Shown here: positions 1 to 13,046 of the stretch, piece after piece | How positions within the stretch are numbered: the first letter of the stretch is position 1 | How the letters are laid out: every line of letters starts with the position of its first letter | Origin: Podarcis vaucheri | Lineage: Eukaryota | NCBI GenBank assembly: GCA_965113315.1 | Contig: OZ220364.1 | DNA: 64,000 bases | Direction: 5' to 3' (one strand) | The notes under the pieces: generated by a model | The model's input: only the letters and a program-made list of their open reading frames with translations | What the model was told of the DNA's origin: nothing | Database searches by the model: none | Made by a program: the position numbers and the translations under genes

Positions 1-102
1 CATGGAATTTGCTATAGCTCACAGTCGGCATCTTGTGTCACAATTGTTTATTGCACTTTACAACACATTCAAAACGTTGTTTGCAGCTGTATAGCTAAGT
101 CC
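1..102. repeat. Partial copy of an interspersed repeat (MITE-like), homologous to 3030-3200
   Basis: Aligns by eye with 3096-3199 (tgtcaca..attgcactt..acaca..tttgcagctgtatag..agtcc). Confidence 0.55.
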
Positions 103-2204
103 TCCAGATCTCCAGATTGTATTTCTTTGCAAGAAGTGAGATACAGACAGATACTTTCAAGCTGACCATCACCTTGTTGCATTTCATCAGAAAGAATTCT
201 GCTTAATTCTTGAACCCCAATAGTTCACAGTTCCTGCTAAGTCTTTTACACAGCACTTTTCTTGCTATACCCTATAAAACTGACAGCATTGAGGGGAAGT
301 GAATGTGGCTAGAGAGCTCGAAAGGGGTTTGCAAGTGATCCAGATCAACATCTTTACTACGTTCATAAGTCATTAGTTTCTCTTTGAATACAGAATTGTT
401 GAGGCCATCCAGGTTACATAGATGAGTTGCATGTAGAGGAATAAGTTACTGCAGTTGGAGCATGGCTTCCTAAGATAGGCACTAAGATCCAAAGTACACA
501 CTTCAAAACTTGATGAAATTGAACTAAAGTTCTTGATTCTGAAGGCTGCAGCATGGATGGCATTGCGTTAAATCTTCAGGTCATAAAAAAACAAAATAAA
601 ATCAGAGCAAGGGAGATTTGGCCATAATTAAATCATGTCTGCTGGAACATGACTTTAATCCCGAAGTACCTAATGATTCTGCGTATCTAGAATAGAAGAG
701 CAAGTACTAGACTGGCAAGTTCCCCCTAAGCTTTCTTCTTCAGAGTACCGGTGTTGAACAGCCCCATAATAATCTAAAACTCTAGCTGGAGAACTGCCCC
801 CCCCCATGTCCTTTTCGTGCAGCTTCAAACTTCCCCTCAAGGGTTGGGGCAGGCACCATCCAACTCAGGTTTTTCTTTTTCCTTGACGAAGGTTCAGGAT
901 TTAGAAAAGTAAAATCTATTCAGAGAGAATTAATTCCAGTACATTTTTTGACAAGAATTATAGAATTACTATATTTGAGTAAAGACTGTCTCCATGCCAA
1001 CCATTACAGTTCGCTTTATTTCACAACAGAGATCGCTGGAATGATTATGGTGAGCTCATCTCCACTGTCTTAGACAAGGTTCCTTATCATTTTACTCTTC
1101 CGAAGGATGCTTTCATATACACGTTGCTTTAGGAACAGTGGTACAACCCTCACAGTTGCCTAAGGCATTATTTATCCTGTGTATCTCACCTTAGATCCTT
1201 GAAGAAGATGCCTTAAGGACTTCGTTTCTTCTCTTACTTTTTTGAATTTCTAGGAACGGTCATTGTATCCACCCCCCATTCCTATTGGAAACCTCAACAC
1301 CACTGAGAGATCAGAATAATTTACTTTCTCTCTTCTTACTTGTGAGCCTCTGGTTGGATTTTCCTTTTTTGTGGGGCGGGAATCCTAAGAAGCAGATCAG
1401 AGAAGCAGCATGGCAGATCTCTGTGTCCCCCTCTCTGTCTCTCCTTAATTAGCAGAGGACTCAAGGAGATTTGGATACATCCCTTTTCCTAACAGTCTTG
1501 ACTTGACCGTTGGTTTTTATGTATGTAAACATACTGAATCTTCCTCTCCTGTTTGTTCTGCCCCTGCAAAGGGGTAGGTTTTGTTAGTGTTAGAAGAGGA
1601 GATTTCTTACCTGGAAATACTTGTGAGAGATTCGGATCCAGAAACTTCCTTGTTCCTCACACAATCACAGAGTGGACAGTGAAAGCTAGCTTCTAGCTCT
1701 TCCAGTTTCTTAGGGAAGAATTCAGTTCACTCCGATCTAAATAAGTAGAGTAATAGTTACTTCTCCTGATTGGTGGATCCAAGACACAAGCACTAGTTTT
1801 CAGGTAAGAAATTTACCTTTATCAAAACATGATGAAGCAATGTAGTGGTAAACAATGTAGCAAATTGTGACAAAGAAGGTCAGTGGCACTAATTAGTTGA
1901 TTTTAGCTAGCAATTTTATTGCAGGTATGTAGTTCATAGGACAAAAGGAAATACTGCATCTGAAATTAAGGCTTGCATGCTATTCCTAAATGGTCTTGCT
2001 TGGAGGTAAGCCCCATTTATTTCCGAGGGATTTACTCTCAAGTAAGGTGGCAGCGGATTATAGCCTTCCATGGCTTTCATGCATTAGTATGAGTGGTTTC
2101 AAAAAGGCTTTAAATGAACTGCCACACACTTTGCTTTTTTTCCTTTTTCCAAAAAGAGAGGTATAGACTAGCCCTTAACAAGGAACTGAAATGTGCTCAT
2201 TTTG

Positions 2205-2233
2205 TATATAAAAGGCAGTCTGTCTTTTCAGTT
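2205..2233 (+). promoter_or_regulatory. Candidate internal core promoter: TATA box (TATATAAAAG, 2205-2214) and Inr-like TCAGTT (2228-2233)
   Basis: Consensus TATA about 125 nt upstream of a strong-Kozak ATG and a 5' splice donor. Confidence 0.45.
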
Positions 2234-2331
2234 ACTATGTGTGTATGTGTTATTGTGTCATGTGATAACAGCACTGTGTTTTCCTGTCATTTTTACAACT
2301 CTTTCCTGGCTGAAGTGATACACAAGCAACA

Positions 2332-2411
2332 ATGGGTAGTAATCACATTGCCCCGTTCACTTTCAAAAGGAGAGAAGCGGAGATGATCGTGAAACTTTCC
2401 AGCAGGCTACA
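2332..2411 (+). CDS. MAP2K4: Candidate alternative first coding exon of MAP2K4 (MGSNHIAPFTFKRREAEMIVKLSSRL-Q)
   Basis: Kozak acaATGG; 26 codons plus CA, then donor GTAAGC at 2412; phase 2 matches the exon 3 acceptor (CA|A=Gln, then ERLRTHS). Confidence 0.6.
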
Positions 2412-3029
2412 GTAAGCGTGACTGTCTGTTAGCCCCGTTGTCAGATATTTTCATAATAGAAAAAGCAAAAGAAAGAAAAAGGCATGAACACCAATATAGA
2501 TCCTTGCAGAAATTTGTCATATTATGAGTGAATTAATATATATATATTTAAATTAATTATTAAATACTTTCAACATATATTTCATTATTATTGTTTAAAG
2601 CTTATTGCTGCATTTGTACTAGCAATTCCCAATGTTCTGTCCCAGCTGACTGTCATTGGCTCTAGAAAGACAGTGTATTTTTTTTTTTAAGAGTACTGGT
2701 ATTCAGAGGGTGACTCAGTGTTAGTTTACAAAAACCTCTCCTTTTAAAACCATAAACATATAATTCTCAAGCATGGTTGACCATAATGGATGGAGTTGAT
2801 GCAGGTGTTATAAGGTTGTTGCATATTGCCTCCAAAAAGCCTTCACTGATAGAACAGCTCTAAAACCTATGAATCAAGTGATCTTTTGTGAAGTATTATT
2901 TTATTTTTGTAGCTGCCATACTTCCAACACCTATTGATCTGTAAAACTGCCCCCCCCCAAACAATTACCGTAATGGACCAGTGAAAGTGAAACGTATGCT
3001 TCTGGTGAAGTAAGCCTGAGGCACAATTG

Positions 3030-3200
3030 AGGTAGAATCTACACTTATAAAAACTGTTCTGAAAACGCTTTTTTAAAAGTGTTTTTTTGAAAATACATTG
3101 AATTTCCCGTAAGGCTCACCATCACCAACTAGTGTCACATTGTATATTGCACTTAAAACACACTTAAAATGTTTTATTTGCAGCTGTATAGATGAGTCCC
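3030..3200. repeat. Interspersed MITE-like repeat
   Basis: Second copy at 1-102; loosely inverted ends (aatctacac ... gtatagatgagtcc). Confidence 0.5.
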
Positions 3201-4090
3201 AAGGCAACTGAAGAGTTGCCGTCCATTGCGCGGGTGTTAGATTTTGTTCTGAATCTTCTTAATTCATATTGGCTTTGAGTACTTCTAAAACATTTTAACA
3301 TAACATTGTAGCGAGTCGTGGAGGATACGGAAACATTCTGAGAAGATCAAGTATTTTCATCAATTTGGCGCAGTTCATCAGGTCCAAATTTCTGAGTCAG
3401 GCAATGCAGTACATTTCTGGGTAGCTAAAATGGTGTGACCTTAAAGCTACTCGCCCAAACAATGCAAATAACTGTGCTAGTTCCATGTTTACCCTTCCAG
3501 GAGAATAAAGAGTCTTCTCTAAGGTCCCCTGCCTCATACTCACTAAGGTAATTTAGGAAATTAAACCAATCCTCATATAAAGGAAATTGTATTTTTATAC
3601 CCTATTTTAGATCGGATTTAAACTCCATAAAAAGTTATAATAAAAGAATCTATTTCCTTAAAATATTTTTTGCTGAATGTGAAATTGTAACTTAGAGGTT
3701 TGGGGTAGCAGACTGCAGGCCTCTGGGGACTACTTTGTTATTTTCTTAGATCCCATGAACTGGAGACAGGTATAAAAGATTTATAACTGAAGTGTGTTAA
3801 GCCCAGGAATTTGCCTTTAAGTTTTGGAACTGAAAAGAGCCTCTAGTGCTTCCTTACAAAAATATACTTGGTCATATATCATCCTCTCCTCCCCCCCCCC
3901 CTTGGTTTCCACAGGGATCATTTTGTTGTTGCCGTTGTTTGTTAAGTTGAAAGCCAGTCTTTGTCAATCTACTTCACATCCCCCAGGGATCTGTCAGTAG
4001 ATTCCAATTTAACTACTCTGCTATCCCAAACAAGGTTATTGGGCTCATCATGTTCAAATCACTGATTTTGTTAAGTCATCCCATATACAT

Positions 4091-4116
4091 ACACACACAC
4101 ACACACACACACACAC
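4091..4116. repeat. (AC)n microsatellite
   Basis: Direct observation. Confidence 0.95.
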
Positions 4117-7100
4117 GAGAGAAACACATCAGTACCCCTCCATGCTATAATTGCCTGAAGAAGGCTTCACTTTGCTGGTCTTATGCGCAGAATCAGGCAT
4201 ATCACTAGCTCTGCTCCCTGGGCATCCATGCATAAGATTCTCCTCCGCAGAGATTGGGGTCTCATGCCATGACTATGATGCTTTGCCTTGAAAAGTGGCA
4301 ATGCTTACAGGATGTGTTTACATCGTTTGATATATTTCTTTGTTGTGATGAAGAGGGACAGGCAATTTTGTCCCAAAGCTTTTCTGCTTCAGTTTTTAGG
4401 CATCTGCAGCAGTATGTATGTCATTTACCAGCACATCTGTAATACCTCTTGTGCCAGTGCTGGAAAATCTGGGCAAAGCAAACAAGAATGATCAAGCAGG
4501 ATTCAAGAGTGCCTGTTGTCTTGCCAGGGCAGCAATATTACTTGATACCTTGCCTCTTAGGAAAGAAATACTGTCTCTGATTGTTGGCTGTTGATGGTCT
4601 CACTCCTGTGAAATTATTTCTGTGTCCTTTCAGTTGCTGGTAGTTTGTTCATATTTTTTTTTGTCATACTATAAAATGTGGCAAATGATTTGACTAGCGT
4701 AAGCACTTACAAGTGTTGCAATAATGGCTTTCAAGCTCCATAGCACTCCTTCTCGTAGTAAATCTGCCCCCTTAGCATGAAGGCCTTTTAAAATGTTCTT
4801 TTGCCATTGGTTTGACTAATGGTTCCATTGTCTGTTGCAAAGTGTACTGTTATAACCACAGCACGTACACATATTTTCTGTAGACCTGGAAAGAATTAAG
4901 ACTGGCTTCTTTTGTTAATCTATAAATTCTGAGATCTTTTGTATTGATAATTGCCCTCCATCGAGTTGGCTTTCCAAACCCTTAAGAACAAGGTACTGCT
5001 ATGTTATCTTCCTGTACTAGAATATTGCTTTGTAGTCTTGCAGTGTGCTGTGTTAAGGTTTTACTACTCCACAGAGATCCTGGGCTCATAGATCTCTCAT
5101 TCACAAGGACCCCTTCTACATAATGCCCCGATTGGTGACAATGGAATCAGGAAGCATTAACGTATGATATTTCTGATGAGGGGATTTAGAGCTATTGTGA
5201 TATTGCCATAAAAACAGCTCTTTCCCCCAGTACTATTAGTCTGTGTGGAACAGTAGTGATCAGAACTGGGATCCCACGGGCAATGTGTGATTGGCAACAC
5301 TGATCACCTGCAGATGCATTTGTATAGAAGTCCTCTGTGCATAATTGCTCTGTCAGTATTTCTCATTGAGTCACAAACAGTTTTATCACCCTTAGAACAA
5401 GAATGCTAAAGTTTGGGGTTTTAGCTGGAGCTGTATACCTGTCCCAAATCTTTGAGTTCTGTTTCAGCAGCTGTCTAGCAACTTGTATGCCTTCTAGATT
5501 GGCCTTATTAACTAGCACATGGTTCTTGTTCTACAAGAAACTGAGGCATATCCTTGTAAATTCCCCAAATCTGATGGCTTACTTTAGCAGAAGGTAAGAT
5601 GGAAAAAATGAAATACTCCTCTCCAGAGAGTCAGAAACGTTTAAAACAATAAAATAAACAGGCAATATGCCTATAGAAAAAGAAAGGTCTGCTGTGAACC
5701 AGCAGCTGCACTAATCAACTAATCTCTTCTGAATTAGATTTAAATTCCTTTAGCGCCATGCAGTGCATTACCAGTCTCAGTCACTGATTCTGCTAGGACT
5801 GAAATGGGAATGAGAGGTGGGAGAGGTGTTCAGGTCCTTGTCTGAACATGTAAGCACCAAATTGTGTAGGGATTCTGGGTCCAGTGTACAAGCCCTGCCC
5901 CAAACTTCATCATGCACACTTCCCTCATTCAGTCCCTGACCTTCTCTTGTGTAGGGAAGGTCTGTGTAGGGATGCTCCTCAGGTGAATGCAAGTACAGCT
6001 CTCTTCGTGATCAGTCATGTTCAAGTGAATGTGGGTAGAATCCCTATACAAGATGGGAACGCTTGGAGACTTAGTAGAGAAGGGGCGTGTGCAGTGACAT
6101 TGAGGGTCAAGCTTGCATGCATACTTCTGTCCCTCTATGTGGTTTGGCACTTTTGTAGTCATACCTATACACAGTTGGAGTTGGGTGTTATCAACTCCTG
6201 ATGACATAGCACTCCAAAAACACTGAAAAATCTTGTGCAGTGGTTTCTCGTAGATGTCAGACACCATGAGGCACAGAATTGAACTTTTCTCCCTTGTTGG
6301 ATATTCTTCAGTAATGTTAATTTAAATTTGATATGTATATTTTAAACACTGTTGTGCACCACCCTAAAATGATGTTAAGAGTGGTACAGAAACGTTTTGT
6401 ATATATATTAAGCTCTGCTTTCCTGCAGCTTTCCTAACAAAAGGACAGTACATATTGAAAATGAGGATTTGTTCTGGTGTTACTTAAATACAGTAACCTT
6501 AAATGGATTTGTGTTGATGTGTAGTGACATTGACTTAAACCTTCACTGTGGATAGAACCCTGATTTACTTTTGTATACTTTGGTTTATAATCATATTTTG
6601 AGTGCTACTATGACTTCTCTCTCCTTTCTCCTCCATATAAAAACCAAAAGCTTCTGGTAGCTAAATTAATTTCTTAGTATTTTAATATTTGGTTGTATGA
6701 AAAGGAAAATGGAAGTAGTTTGCACACACAACTAAATTAGGCAGATCTTCTAAGCATCCAAATGATCCTTTCACCTAGGTATCTGAAGGGTTGATTAATG
6801 ATAGAATCAGAAACGGTATCTGCCTTTGACTTTAAGATAAAAATATTGGAATTCCACGGAAACCTGATAGATATTGTTTTATTCATTACTTAACCTAGAG
6901 GGAGGCAGGGTCCTAGCCCACCAGCTCAGGCTTGTGACAGTTTGGCCACATCTATCCCAAGGTTATCAGGGTGGGGGCAAGCCATTTGAATTCTTCTACA
7001 TGTTACTGATGTTCGAGTCCTGGAAATCTTGTCTTAGCAAGATGGTGAGCTGTGCTCTTGTTATATATGTGTTATTTGGGGGTATTTCAGTAACTACCCA

Positions 7101-8229
7101 TAATGCCCCCCCCAAAAAAATTAGTCATACTATGATGATGCCAATATTATTTGTATGAATCTCCAGTATCCTAGGAGTAGCAGACTTAGGGAGCAGTGTC
7201 TGTTTTTGTAAACGGGTTCTGGATGTTCAGCCTTGTAGCTGCAGAAGACAATTAGCAGGACATCAGTTTACTTTTTCGTAGGATCTGGGGTGTCTGTTTC
7301 CCTATAGGTTGTTTTTTCTCAGGTTTATTTAAAAGCACGAGTATTTCATATTACCAGTATCCTGCAATGTGCTAGCAGATTGGGAGCAATTAATTCCCAA
7401 CACCTGTGTAATGTGATTTCTAAGACAAATTGCTTTATCTTTAGCAGGTGCAAATGGCAAAGCTTACAATTGAATTTCTATTTATTCTTTTTTGTTTCAG
7501 CTTCTCTCAGCTTCTAAATTCTTTTCTTTTCCTTTTTCATTCATTAACATTTTGTAGAAAGGTCTTGTAGGTGGTTTATTTATGACACAGACAGGAATTC
7601 AGAGATGCTGATAGATTATTTTTTTTGCTCAGTATTATGTTGCCTCTATATTTATCTTGTATAGCTGAATCTATATTAAAGATGACATACCAAGATCAGG
7701 GGATGCTGGAGAAAGGGAGAGAGATACTTCATCATCTTCAGAAATTGGTATTCTTACGTAATGCCAGGCCTTTGTATTGCACCGTTCTGTATTTCCTCTT
7801 TTGTGGCAAACTGCAGTTGTAAGCCATGATCAAACCATGGTTAGCATTTCAGATTGCAGACAAACTTTGGTTGTCACAAACTATGTTTTCGCCTATTTGG
7901 ATGTAACTGCAAACTGGTTTGCCACAAAAGAGGTTGTGTAACAGTGTGCAAGGGGAGGAAGGTGTGTACATGGCCAAGGCTCTGTTTGAATTGAGCCAGT
8001 GTCTAGTCTAGGAACTAAAAAGCCTTAGATCAAGCCTTTTTGCCATCTAATATTCTTTCATTGGTTTTAGAGGGTCTTTCTTGAATTCATGTTTGGACTT
8101 ATTCCAAAACTAGTATTGCAGTGCTTTTGTTGAGTTTGATAATTTGATTAATTTCCCATAATTTTACTTAAGTGATTACTTCTGAAGTATTCTCTGCTCT
8201 TACCATAATCACAGTTTGTGATAAATGTA

Positions 8230-8528
8230 CAGTGGTGCCCCGCAAAACGAATGCCTCGCAAGACGGAAAACTCGCTAGACGAAAGAGTTTTCTGTTTTGG
8301 AGGTGCTTCGCAAAACGAATCTCCTATGGGCTTGCTTCACAAGACGAAAATGTCTTGCAAGTTCCTGCGGGTTTTTTTCCCTCCCCCCCTTTTCTAAGCC
8401 GCTTATCAGCTGATCCGATAAGGCGCTACTAGCGCTAATCCGTCAAAGGGCTTGCTTTGCAAGACGAAAAAACCGCTAGACGAAGAGAATCAGAGAACGG
8501 ATTCTTTTCGTCTTGTGAGGCACCACTG
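8230..8528. mobile_element. Tc1/mariner-pogo(Tigger)-type MITE, family A copy 1
   Basis: TA|CAGTGGTGCC...GGCACCACTG|TA terminal inverted repeats; multiple internal GCAAGACG motifs; other copies at 11538 and 41053. Confidence 0.9.
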
Positions 8529-9594
8529 TACAAATATCCACATTAAATTTTCAGCTATCAGGTTTGACAAGTTCCTTGGTTCAGGGCTGAGAGGAAGGGC
8601 TTTAAAACTACGAAGCACTTCTAAAATTGCAGCTGAGGAGCCCAGAGTTTAACAGTCCAATCCTAAACATGCTTAATAATAATAATAATAATAATCCTAC
8701 TGAATTCTTTGAGACCTTCCTCTTACAGAGTAAGCTTCATTTTCAAACATTTGACACTGAAAATGATGGGTAGAAGATACTGGAGACTTTCACATTTGTC
8801 TTGAGATGAGCACTGTTCATATTGGAAGACAAAAATAGAAAAACTGTATTTCTTCATGCAGAACCACTTGTCAGCAAGAAAAGAAACCTAACACAGCTTT
8901 GGAAGTCTGTTTGACCCAATGTAAAAAGTATCCTTTATTACTGACACCAAATTCTGCACACTTCTTCAAGCCTTAAAATATGCACCAGCGGCTTTGTGGC
9001 TTTTTGACTAATCTTCTTTTACTTCAAAAATACACTGACAGAATATTGGCTCTGCATGTATTTTTGGAGTTAACATGATCCCTTCATTTTTTCTGTTTTC
9101 TATTAATATTTATAAACTCTTCTCGGAAACCCAACAACCACAGGTATGGGTTTTCTTTATGGTATTACCAATGCAGGGAATAAAAGGGGAAAGACAATCA
9201 CCAGCCTAAACTTAACTCTAGAAGAATGTAGTTGCTTTATGTTGCGTAGCATAGCTAATATTATCCTTCTGCATTTCATAGGAATATAATACAGTTTTAT
9301 GCAGGAATTTATAAACAACCACAGAAATAGACATACAATTATTGTAATATGAGACAGATGGTCTTGATTAATAGCTTAAAAAAAATCTAGTTGCTTTAGG
9401 TGAAACTGTTTACAGTGTCCTGCCCTGTTACCTCCATCTAGATTAGATCCTTCATGGAAAGTATACTATTGCATTAGCTTTATGTTCACTACTCTGTAAA
9501 AATGCTTTAATCAGTGCTGTAAGAAAGAGAAAGTTTTCAATTGATATAAAATGTGGCAAAATCCCTTCCCAATTTTTTTTTTTTTTTTTGGCAG

Positions 9595-9769
9595 AGAGAG
9601 ACTGAGAACACACAGCATTGAATCATCAGGAAAATTGAAGATTTCCCCTGAACAACATTGGGATTTTACTGCAGAGGACTTGAAAGATCTTGGAGAAATT
9701 GGACGAGGCGCTTATGGTTCTGTCAACAAAATGGTCCACAAGCCAAGTGGGCAAATTATGGCTGTTAAA
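9595..9769 (+). CDS. MAP2K4: MAP2K4 exon 3 (ERLRTHSIESSGK...GEIGRGAYGSVNKMVHKPSGQIMAVK), glycine-rich loop and catalytic Lys
   Basis: Poly-T tract and AG acceptor, GTAGGT donor, 175 bp; peptide matches MKK4. Confidence 0.98.
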
Positions 9770-10148
9770 GTAGGTGATGCCCATAATTACTCTTGTACTT
9801 TCCAACTGCAGGGGCAACATATAGTGGATAATTTAATATCCATCCATCTTGCGCTCAGCAGTTGTTTGCTTTCCCCCGCTATCTGTATATTTTGCCTTGT
9901 AGTTTAGTGTTATTAAATACTTAACTGGTTTGTAAAATTATGGGTTGTAAAATTTAAGGAGAACATCTAATATACGTAAGCTTATTTTTATCACAAACAC
10001 TGTATATATACTGAGACCCTTTATCTCTAGGTTCCTGGTTTTAAATCCAGCTCAGGTTTATTATTCTTAAATGCAATTTTGCAGTGGACAGGTCAGGGTC
10101 CTTTGTGGAACAAGCTAGTTGCCTTGCTACAGTAGTTTTCATTTTTTC

Positions 10149-10310
10149 TACTTATCTACTTGTACCAGTGTGCTTTCGAACTGCTAGGTTGGCAGGAGTG
10201 TGGGACAAAGCAACGGGAGCTCACCCCATCATGTGGATTCGAACTGCCGACCTTCCATTCGGCAAGCCCAGGAGGCACAGTGGTTTAGACCACAGCGCCA
10301 CCTGCGTCCC
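10149..10310 (-). mobile_element. Squam1/Sauria-type SINE, 5' half
   Basis: Reverse complement of the 5' part of the copies at 32452 and 63661. Confidence 0.85.
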
Positions 10311-11537
10311 ACTCATTTCTTGTAATACTCTTTTAACAACACTGGGCTATAAAATAACTTGAAGTGAAGGCAGAATTGAGCCCTGTACTCAGTCCAGTTA
10401 TCAGCAAATATACTGGCAGGTTTCATAACATGTAGGTCACTAGTCATCAAGTATAATAGGAGTAGAAGAGGGCGTGAACAGTATGCTTTATGGAATATTA
10501 AATGTTCTTCGCCCTGCTTTTTCCTGCATCTGTGTCTTTGAGCTACATAAGTGAATTCTGGCCTACAAGGAATCCATTCTGTCTTGTTCCCTCTTCTCCC
10601 TGAATTTGTAGGGTGGAACATGCCATATTTTTTTCTGTGTAGCCATGCCTCTGCTGAGTCCTGTTGAGGGTCAATATTTGGGTTTTGCATAGCAACAAAT
10701 TAAGGTTTGCTACCAAATAAATAGGTCAGTACCAACAAGGAGTTGCATCCAGTGTGGACTGCTTCACACTTTGCTTGTTAGCCAGGTTTCACTTGTGTAT
10801 GCTGCAGAGGTGGACATTTGTAAACACAATGGACAGGCTACCTGAGAGACACATCACATTGCATCTCCCTGATACATCTTTAGTGGGTCCTTGAACATTT
10901 AAGGATTCACATAACTTTCACGTTGACCTCAGCAACTGTCATACATTTATCTGTAAGATAGACACAATTGCCATATTCAAACTTTGCTATTATGGTGATG
11001 TTTAATCCATTCCCATGTATTCAGTAATAAATACTAAATAATAATAAATTATGGGAGGAATTTAGCATTGCACTATTATGATGATTCTCTCAGCTTGCCA
11101 TACAGGATGATCTCCTCCCTGCCCCCAGGTATGCTTTTCTGGAGGTTCCCACAATCACTGGAACCAATTTGATCTTCCCAAGATCACCCTACCTTGATTT
11201 GTGCTCAGCTTGTGTTTTCTGTGGAAAGTCTTGATAATAGGTGGTTGTTTTATGGTAAAATAACGCTGGAAAAAGATTCTATATAGATGGCCAGGAAAAT
11301 GAAAGGAAAAGGAAAGAAAAGAAAGAATTCTAAAATTCCATAGACAGAATTCTACAGAAAACAGGAAGGTGAGGCAGATACCAGCAGCCACTGAAGAAAG
11401 GGAAACATGGTAAATAAATATTAGGAGAGGAATTCTGGAGAAGAAAATGGGAGCAAGGTCTGAAAACTCTGGAGATAAACTGCGTTTTTGCAGGGATCTT
11501 GAAATCAAGGAGAGCACAATGGCAAGTGCTTTGCATA

Positions 11538-11818
11538 CAGTGGTGCCTCGCAAGACGAAATTAATCCGTTCCGCGAGTCTCTTCGTCTTGCGAAGCACGG
11601 CTATTAGCGGCTTAGCGGCTATTAGCAGCTTAGCGGCTATTAACGGCTTAGCGGCTATAAGAAAAAGGAAACAAACTCGCAAGAACTCGCAAGACATTTC
11701 GTCTTGCGAAGCAAGCCCATAGGGAAATTCGTCTTGCGGAACGACTCAAAAAACGGAAAACTCTTTCGTCTAGCGAGTTTTTCGTCTTGCGAGGCATTCG
11801 TCTTGCGGGGCACCACTG
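11538..11818. mobile_element. MITE family A copy 2, inverted relative to copy 1, with internal 18-bp tandem repeat (agcggctattagcggctt)
   Basis: TA-flanked CAGTGGTGCC TIRs; explains the LIAAKP repeats in the spurious ORF 11155-11697. Confidence 0.9.
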
Positions 11819-13046
11819 TATTTGGTCATGGGATTCCTTGGGAATACAAAGATTGGATAATGTATTGTATACAAAGGCTAGGAATAGTTCCAAGCCGAAG
11901 GGAATTGTGAAGGTTAGAGGGCATGGCCTATATGCAGTTTAGGTATTGCCCAGAGAGTTAAGAAACACTGGAAAAAGGAAAAACAGGTGGAATGTGTTAT
12001 ATTTGCAGTTGTGTTTTAGAGTTCCCATTTCATCTTTTATGTAACAGGCAGTTCTTTACTTGGATCATTCTGTTCTGCCCATCACTTCCTAGGCAAACAG
12101 TTGAGCTGCTTACTATTTGTACTCTGGAATGTGTAATGGCTTTACAGCTGTAGAATAATTGTGCCCAGAAGAATTGTATAGTGTCTCCAGAACAAAGCAG
12201 AAACATCCCATGCCTGCTATTATAACTTTCTCAAGTGGCTTTGATCAGCATTCGTTTGGTGGGGGAGGGTATGGTATTTTTGTTACTCTTAATAGTTAGC
12301 ATATAAAGATCCATATTGTTATGCTATAACCGGGGATATTTTTGTAAAGTGTCTTCTTGGGGCCATATTACGTGCTAATGTTCAAAGCATTTTTTAATTG
12401 TGTGCTTAGAATTGGCCCTATCCTTTTCTTTAGAAAAACAGGGGTGTGGGTGTTCATGTTGATTTTGGATTGGGGCTGGAAGAGAGGTTAGCTGTTGAGC
12501 CTTCACTGTTTTCCCTGGAAGATCACCCTATACAGAAGCTTTTCTGCCCCAGAAGGTGATAGCAAATTGTGGGTAGTGCTGGAGGAGGTTGCCTAGAAAA
12601 TAGCAATGGGTAAAGGATCAAAATCTGGATTAGGATTAGGATCCACTGCAGTTAACTTTTCTAAAAGGAGAGACATGACACAGTGCCTAAAGCACTTTTA
12701 ATGTGCCATGCAGTTTGGCCCTTAGTCGCAGATTGGCTACCAACATGTCATATTCTTTATGGAGGGGGTGGAGGACCTTAGGCCAGGGGACCAAATATGG
12801 TCCTTAGTAATCTTTCCAGACCATGCTTCCTCTCCAAGCCACACCTGTGGCCAGCCTTGCACTGCGGCCTACTCAAATGTTTTTGTTAGGCTGGAATGTG
12901 TCCCATGAATTGAGTCCTGAACTGAAGAAAATACTGCCTAATAAAAGGGAATATTCATCCTCAAATATGGATTGTTCCATGATAATGATAGCATAAGTCA
13001 GCCTTCCCCAACTTGCTATCTTCCCATCATCGTAAACTACTGGACA

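Noticed and set aside
820-1620. Possible decayed L1-like fragment
   Set aside because: Too degenerate to support boundaries or identity by eye
9770-10400. miR-744, which lies in this intron in mammals
   Set aside because: No match to the mature sequence and no convincing hairpin was seen
11155-11910. ORFs with LIAAKP/AAIS repeats
   Set aside because: They are translations of a MITE and its 18-bp tandem repeat
12791-12800. Perfect CArG box CCAAATATGG
   Set aside because: Single short motif in what looks like a decayed repeat in a MAP2K4 intron; chance occurrence is likely
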